From contig JADZAY010000006.1 of NCBI GenBank assembly GCA_020852375.1, positions 1 through 62,087 of the forward strand: a stretch of 62,087 nucleotides of DNA, given 5' to 3'. The translations under genes and the position numbers were made by a program. Source of the DNA: Candidatus Yanofskybacteria bacterium (GTDB lineage Bacteria; Patescibacteriota; Minisyncoccia; 2-02-FULL-40-12; GWA2-44-9). Shown here in pieces: positions 57,706-62,087 of this stretch. Under the pieces are notes generated by a model, which saw only the letters and a list, made by a program, of their open reading frames with translations, made no database searches and was not told the origin of the DNA. Position 1 is the first letter of the stretch. Each line of letters starts with the position of its first letter.

Positions 57706-58572
57706 TTATGGATGAATACGGGCCGCCATGAACAGGCGGCATTTTTGTTCGACCACATCCCGTACCGCGTCGTCCGCCGACTGCAGGTAGCGATAGGGAG
57801 TCGTTTGGCCGGGATGCTCGGCCAGCTCCTCTTTAAGCTCGCGTTGATACGCCACACGAAGCTCGGTATTGAAATGCACATTCGTGATGCCCGTTCGGAT
57901 GGCGCTCACGACCTGTTCATCGGGAAGGCCCGATGCTCCGTGAAGCACGAGGTAGGCATCCGGAATCGCGGCGGCAACCCTGGCGAGGTGCTCGATGTCG
58001 AGAACTTCTTCCTGCTTGGTCACAATGCCATGGATATTCCCGAACACGGGAGCAAATCGCTCGACGCCGGTTCGTCGGATAAAATCGGCGGCCTGCTCCG
58101 GCTTTGTAAAATCGTCCCTGCCGATGACGACCTCCGTCTGCACTTCGGACCGCCCCTTCAGATAGCCGACCTCCGCCTCTACCATGAACGACCCGCGCTT
58201 AGTCTGGGCGTATTGCCAGACGCGCTGGGTCTCGATGACGTTTACCTCGTATGCCAAGCGAGAACCGTCGAAGAGCACCGAGTCATACCCCGCATCGATC
58301 GCCTCCTTGCAGGCATCGAAAGATGCAAAGTGGTCGGCATTGAGAAATACGGGGAATTCCGCAGACCGGCGCGCCGCCTGAACGAGCGCCACCGCTTCCG
58401 CCATACCGAGAAACTCCGCCTCCCCAGGGCTCGTCCCCACCAAAACACACGGCGCACCAGCTCGCATCGCGCCTTCAACGATCGCGCGCAAAACATCGGC
58501 GGTCGCGAAGTTGAAATGCCCGATCGCCCAGCCCTCCGCTTTCGCCTGCGCAAAATACTCTCGCAGTTCCAT
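57706..58572 (-). CDS. fba: Class II fructose-bisphosphate aldolase
   Basis: AIGHFN, NADH, FDGS, VEAEVG, GNIHG, LVLHGASG, HFNTELR. Confidence 0.93.
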   Translation of the reverse strand: MELREYFAQAKAEGWAIGHFNFATADVLRAIVEGAMRAGAPCVLVGTSPGEAEFLGMAEAVALVQAARRSAEFPVFLNADHFASFDACKEAIDAGYDSVLFDGSRLAYEVNVIETQRVWQYAQTKRGSFMVEAEVGYLKGRSEVQTEVVIGRDDFTKPEQAADFIRRTGVERFAPVFGNIHGIVTKQEEVLDIEHLARVAAAIPDAYLVLHGASGLPDEQVVSAIRTGITNVHFNTELRVAYQRELKEELAEHPGQTTPYRYLQSADDAVRDVVEQKCRLFMAARIHP

Positions 58573-59864
58573 CAGGTCGTATGGTTATATCCGTTCCCTA
58601 GCACGATAAAGCCGTCAACGATATGCTCCTCGATCAGCTCCTGCATGCGCTCCCGACCCATATATTCCACGAAGATCTTGTTCCACAGCGCCTCCTGCTG
58701 GTGGTAGAGATATTCCGCGCGAGGTCCGTCGCCATGTACGAGCGACATCAGAAGATCGATAAGGTCAAAACTCAGCAACTGCTGCTGGCCGCTTACAGGA
58801 TCGACGAATTCTTCCCCGATGAAATCGAGGCCCGTCCACCACCCGAGATCCAGCCCGCCGTGATCGCGCCCGAGAATGCGAGACAAACGGCTCAGGTCGT
58901 CCTCAGCCCGCCACCAATGGTCGGCCTCCGGATTCACATGCGGCTCGCCCAGACGCGGGTCGTGGATATCCTTCTTCGCAAGGTATTGCTGCACGACGCG
59001 CCACGCCACTCGCCCATCGTTCGGCGCTGGCGCACTCGACACATCCCCCCGAAGAAGACTCTTGAAGATCGTCCCGAAATCCGGATGCCCGAGGTAGCGC
59101 CGGAACAAACTCGCGTAGAAGGGAACCTCGTGCAGATAGTGCAGCATGAGGGTGAACAAGCGCAACGTCGCACCCTTCCCCTCAATACTGGCTGGGATCA
59201 CAAAAATGATGCCCAGCTCCTTCAGGTGGGAAACGTTGTGATACTTCCTCCGCAGAAATTTTTCGGCGACCGAAAGCCATTTCGTATCAAGCACCAAGTG
59301 ATCAACCTCGCGTTCCTCGAAGTCGTCGGCCGTCAGGCCGGAATATGCCTTCTCGAAAAACTCGTGCATCCATTCATCGGTCTGCGTGAACCGTAATGAC
59401 ACCATGACCGACGCGAAACCCTCCCGGTCCACTAGGTCGCGAACGGTCGCATATCCAAAGTGCTCGAGCAGATTGGCGGGCGGATACTGCTCCAACAGCT
59501 CCACCATCCGCTCGCGCTTGATGAACAATCCTGGCGGCGGGACGAACACTTTCGCCACCGTCGTACAGAGCTTCGCGCACGCTTCTTCTGGTTTCGTGAG
59601 ATCGGGGCGATCGAGTAGATCGTACAAATGACCATCGAGGTGCCCCAGCCGCTCCACCAGCGCCGCATACACCGCGGCAAGACCGTCCCGCCGTGTCACC
59701 CCAAGACCGGCAAGCGTACGGTCCACAGTGATGTCGATCTGCCGAGCAATATCTTCGAACACACCCTCCTGCCCGGTGATCGCGTTCATCTTCTGCTCAA
59801 TGGCAAAAAGCGCCTTCGGATCGGCGCGCATGAGACGCGCAAGCTTGTTGAACGGGTCGCGCAT
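58572..59864 (-). CDS. Conserved hypothetical protein coupled to fba
   Basis: Its stop overlaps the fba start. His/Glu-rich motifs YHNVSHLKE, HYLHE, HVNPEADH, YHQQE. Confidence 0.85.
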   Translation of the reverse strand: MRDPFNKLARLMRADPKALFAIEQKMNAITGQEGVFEDIARQIDITVDRTLAGLGVTRRDGLAAVYAALVERLGHLDGHLYDLLDRPDLTKPEEACAKLCTTVAKVFVPPPGLFIKRERMVELLEQYPPANLLEHFGYATVRDLVDREGFASVMVSLRFTQTDEWMHEFFEKAYSGLTADDFEEREVDHLVLDTKWLSVAEKFLRRKYHNVSHLKELGIIFVIPASIEGKGATLRLFTLMLHYLHEVPFYASLFRRYLGHPDFGTIFKSLLRGDVSSAPAPNDGRVAWRVVQQYLAKKDIHDPRLGEPHVNPEADHWWRAEDDLSRLSRILGRDHGGLDLGWWTGLDFIGEEFVDPVSGQQQLLSFDLIDLLMSLVHGDGPRAEYLYHQQEALWNKIFVEYMGRERMQELIEEHIVDGFIVLGNGYNHTT

Positions 59865-59931
59865 GGTTTCCTTCAGTATACCCCGCCTGGAGCCGCGGCG
59901 GATGTGCATAAAATGGCCATTTTTGGGGGTA

Positions 59932-59960
59932 TTGACAAAATGGTTCAGAAATGCTATCAT
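59932..59960 (+). promoter_or_regulatory. Strong sigma70 promoter P1
   Basis: TTGACA-17-TATCAT with an extended TG. Confidence 0.8.
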
Positions 59961-59966
59961 ACTTCT

Positions 59967-60402
59967 GCCACGCTCGGGCCAGGCTCCTGGTGAGCCCGTT
60001 GGCTAGAGGACGGCGTGGGTAGCAGTGTTTCGATCCGAGGTATAAAAGTGCCTCGTAAGAAGAACCTGATACGAACGCGCGGTGCATTCCGTTAGTACCT
60101 ACCAGCGCTCTCCCACACATGGGAGCAGCCCGCCATCGATCGTCGACTGGAATAGCTGAGGATGGGAGTTTTAAGCAAACGTCCTCCTGTCACTCGGCCG
60201 CGACCTCCTCGTCGAAACGGAGATGGAACACCGGGCACAATCATGACTCCTTTCTAAAGGAGCCCGAAAGGGACGAAGACGTCATGCCGGTTTCAACCGC
60301 AGACGCGTAAGCGGCACCGGAGAACAGCGATCCCGAGTAGAACGACGCCACAAACGAGGCGGGAATACTATTCCCAAACCATGTGGCGTCTTTCATTTTT
60401 TG
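59967..60402 (+). ncRNA. Candidate large structured ncRNA 1
   Basis: Bounded by P1 and a GACGCCACA/TGTGGCGTC stem plus T-rich tail. Many hairpins and no credible ORF. Confidence 0.55.
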
Positions 60403-60418
60403 AACATACTCGAGGCAC

Positions 60419-60447
60419 TTGACGCAAAATAAGCATCGTGGTATGAT
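60419..60447 (+). promoter_or_regulatory. Strong sigma70 promoter P2
   Basis: TTGACG-17-TATGAT with an extended TG. Confidence 0.8.
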
Positions 60448-60453
60448 GCCTCT

Positions 60454-60829
60454 GTGGAGGTTCGGTCCGGCGCTGCTAGACCTGGCGCGTCCTTCCGGGG
60501 GATGTCTTAGCCCATCCTACCGACAAAAGGACCGTGCGTCGCCGGCGCGACGCATCCGCCGTCGGCAGCACCCGGGGCCGAACCTCCACACCCGCTCTTT
60601 TTCTATAACCTTCACCTCTCCGGCCGAAACCGGCGCAGAGGGCACAGCGCCTCTGCACTCCCGCGAGGACTGGAGCCGCGGTTGCCGACCGCGATCACTG
60701 AAGCGTTCCTCTCGGGGCCTGCTCGTACGGAGATCCGTACGGGGCATGTTCGCCTCCTGCCCGCCCGATCCTGGGCGGGGTGCCGTGAGACCGTTGCGAA
60801 AAGACAGGATATCGCAACGGTCTTTTTTT
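60454..60829 (+). ncRNA. Candidate large structured ncRNA 2
   Basis: 15-bp closing stem starts at the predicted +1. A 12-bp terminator plus T7 lies at 60788-60829. Confidence 0.6.
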
Positions 60830-60838
60830 GTGCCGCAT

Positions 60839-61831
60839 TCACCGCGCACCCACGCTGGTACGCACCACAGGGACCAACGGCCACGAGCCAATATCCCCGA
60901 CTCGGAGAATGCCCGCTTTCGCCCCGTACTGCATGACGACCGAGGTGGCGTTCGCGGTGCCGAACTGGATCGCCTTTTCGATGCTTCCGGAACGAATGAA
61001 CTCAGCGAGAAAACCGGCATGGAACGCGTCCCCCGCACCGGTGCGCTCGATCGTAGATCCCTCCGGGGTTCCGGCAGTATACCGCATGCGCCCATCGGAA
61101 ACAGCAACACCGCGCGGCCCGTTCGTCATACTGCAGATCCCTCCGATCGCATCATCAAGCGCAGCAAAGATAGCGTCGGGATCATCGAACGACTTTCCGG
61201 TGAGCTGAGCCGCTTCTTCCTGGTTCATCCCAACGATATCAAATGATTTCCAGAGCGGCGCAAGCACTGCAAGACCATGTGCCAGCTCTCCTGGCCCTGG
61301 GTTGGTCGCTACATGTGCTCCGGTCCGCTGTGCGAACGCCGCGATACGCTCAAGCATCTCGATACTTCCGCCGAGCGAGTTCACATACACCCACTTCGCA
61401 GAAAGCCGGTCCCACGGGATGTGCTCCGGATGCCAGTGAAGCCCCTCGCCCTTGTACGACAGGATCGTGCGTTCACCCCCGTCGCCAACCAGGATCGACG
61501 AGTACGCGGTAATATCGTCATCGCCCGCCATCATGTATTTCCCGTCGACCCGCTCGCGCCGAAGCTCATCGAGTATCGCGGCGCCGTTCGGGTCTTTTCC
61601 GATCACACCGATGCACGCAGCACGATACCCCTGACGGGCAAACGTGACCGCCGCATTCGTGCCACCGCCCCCTGATGCGAACACGATCTTCTTGACCGGC
61701 ACCTTCGAGCCAAACGGGACGCACAATCCTTTTCGCGTAGGAGATTGGTCGTCGTCGAGCACGCGGAACGCATCCGCGCTGAAAAAGACATCTTGGGTCG
61801 CCGACCCGATAGCGATAACGTCGTAGTTCAT
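60839..61831 (-). CDS. PfkB-family carbohydrate kinase
   Basis: IGSATQD, SGGGGTNAA, ERTGAGDAF. Confidence 0.93.
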   Translation of the reverse strand: MNYDVIAIGSATQDVFFSADAFRVLDDDQSPTRKGLCVPFGSKVPVKKIVFASGGGGTNAAVTFARQGYRAACIGVIGKDPNGAAILDELRRERVDGKYMMAGDDDITAYSSILVGDGGERTILSYKGEGLHWHPEHIPWDRLSAKWVYVNSLGGSIEMLERIAAFAQRTGAHVATNPGPGELAHGLAVLAPLWKSFDIVGMNQEEAAQLTGKSFDDPDAIFAALDDAIGGICSMTNGPRGVAVSDGRMRYTAGTPEGSTIERTGAGDAFHAGFLAEFIRSGSIEKAIQFGTANATSVVMQYGAKAGILRVGDIGSWPLVPVVRTSVGAR

Positions 61832-61904
61832 TCCCTCCGTTATATATCATCATACCACACCGCCTCCCCGCCCCCATACTCCACCTCTCGACCACACCCT
61901 CCCA

Positions 61905-62065
61905 CTCCCCTCGGCACCCCGACTCTCAACGCCCCCACCTCTCCGCCATGCCCTCCGTCAGCATCGCCAACGGATGCCAGTGATTCCTTCCGCTCGGAAG
62001 CCTCCGGAAGACATAGCGGCGATGCGGTAGGGTCTTTCCTCCACGACCGAACGCCTCGGCACCCC
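61905..62065 (-). repeat. Dispersed G-rich intergenic repeat, copies C and D
   Basis: 61905-61963 matches 20436-20496. CCTCGGCACCCC recurs at 62054-62065. Confidence 0.88.
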
Positions 62066-62087
62066 AGCGAGGCTTCGCGGACCGGGA

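Noticed and set aside
60017-60104. tmRNA (one- or two-piece) or a true tRNA
   Set aside because: The acceptor pairs only 5 of 7, there is no G3-U70, the T-arm is imperfect, and the nearby GCAAAC lacks the resume-codon context and a tag-like end.
60242-60286. Hammerhead ribozyme-like core
   Set aside because: It has CTAAAGGA instead of CUGANGA and GAAG instead of GAAA, so the catalytic core is not satisfied.
59967-60402. RNase P RNA
   Set aside because: GAGGA follows a 5' hairpin, but GAGGAAAGUCC and ACAGAACCCGGCUUA with their P4 pairing are absent on both strands. A CM search should still be run.
60470-60510. SRP RNA domain IV on the minus strand
   Set aside because: CCAGG, GGAAGGA and AGCAGC occur but in the wrong order for helix 8.
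60517-60748. Minus-strand ORF with GGAGG before ATG (MPRTDLRT...)
   Set aside because: The product is low-complexity, Arg/Pro/Ser-rich and typical of translated GC-rich hairpins.

Overview
A ~60% GC bacterial chromosome segment with no phage, IS or CRISPR array. Gene content and order (minimal EF-Ts, short RF1, hrcA-grpE-hsp20-dnaK, mraZ-rsmH-ftsL-pbp-murF, core genes without Shine-Dalgarno sites) suggest Patescibacteria/CPR, probably Parcubacteria. That assignment is inference. Most of the window is housekeeping: gltX, priA, def, fmt, efp, dnaJ, dnaK, cysS, dnaB, recR, rplU, rplJ-rplL, mltG, lemA, rpmG, tsf, rpsB, rpmE, prfA, rplY, fba, a pfkB kinase and six tRNAs. Stand-alone ORFan cassettes are scattered between these genes. 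The most unusual signals are: (1) two adjacent ORF-less, strongly base-paired units of ~430 and ~375 nt at 59967-60829, each with a near-consensus sigma70 promoter and a terminator-like end, which are candidate novel large ncRNAs; (2) a 171-bp element that duplicates the tRNA-Tyr 3' end and sits where tRNA-Gly normally lies, related to a dispersed G-rich repeat family; (3) an accessory block encoding a 955-aa tandem metallophosphoesterase-fold protein and a triple-repeat DUF5698-like membrane protein; (4) a ~1,630-codon surface protein split by a 1-nt frameshift and preceded by a terminator-like leader; (5) several reduced or catalytically altered core proteins. All calls were made by reading the sequence, and no searches were run.
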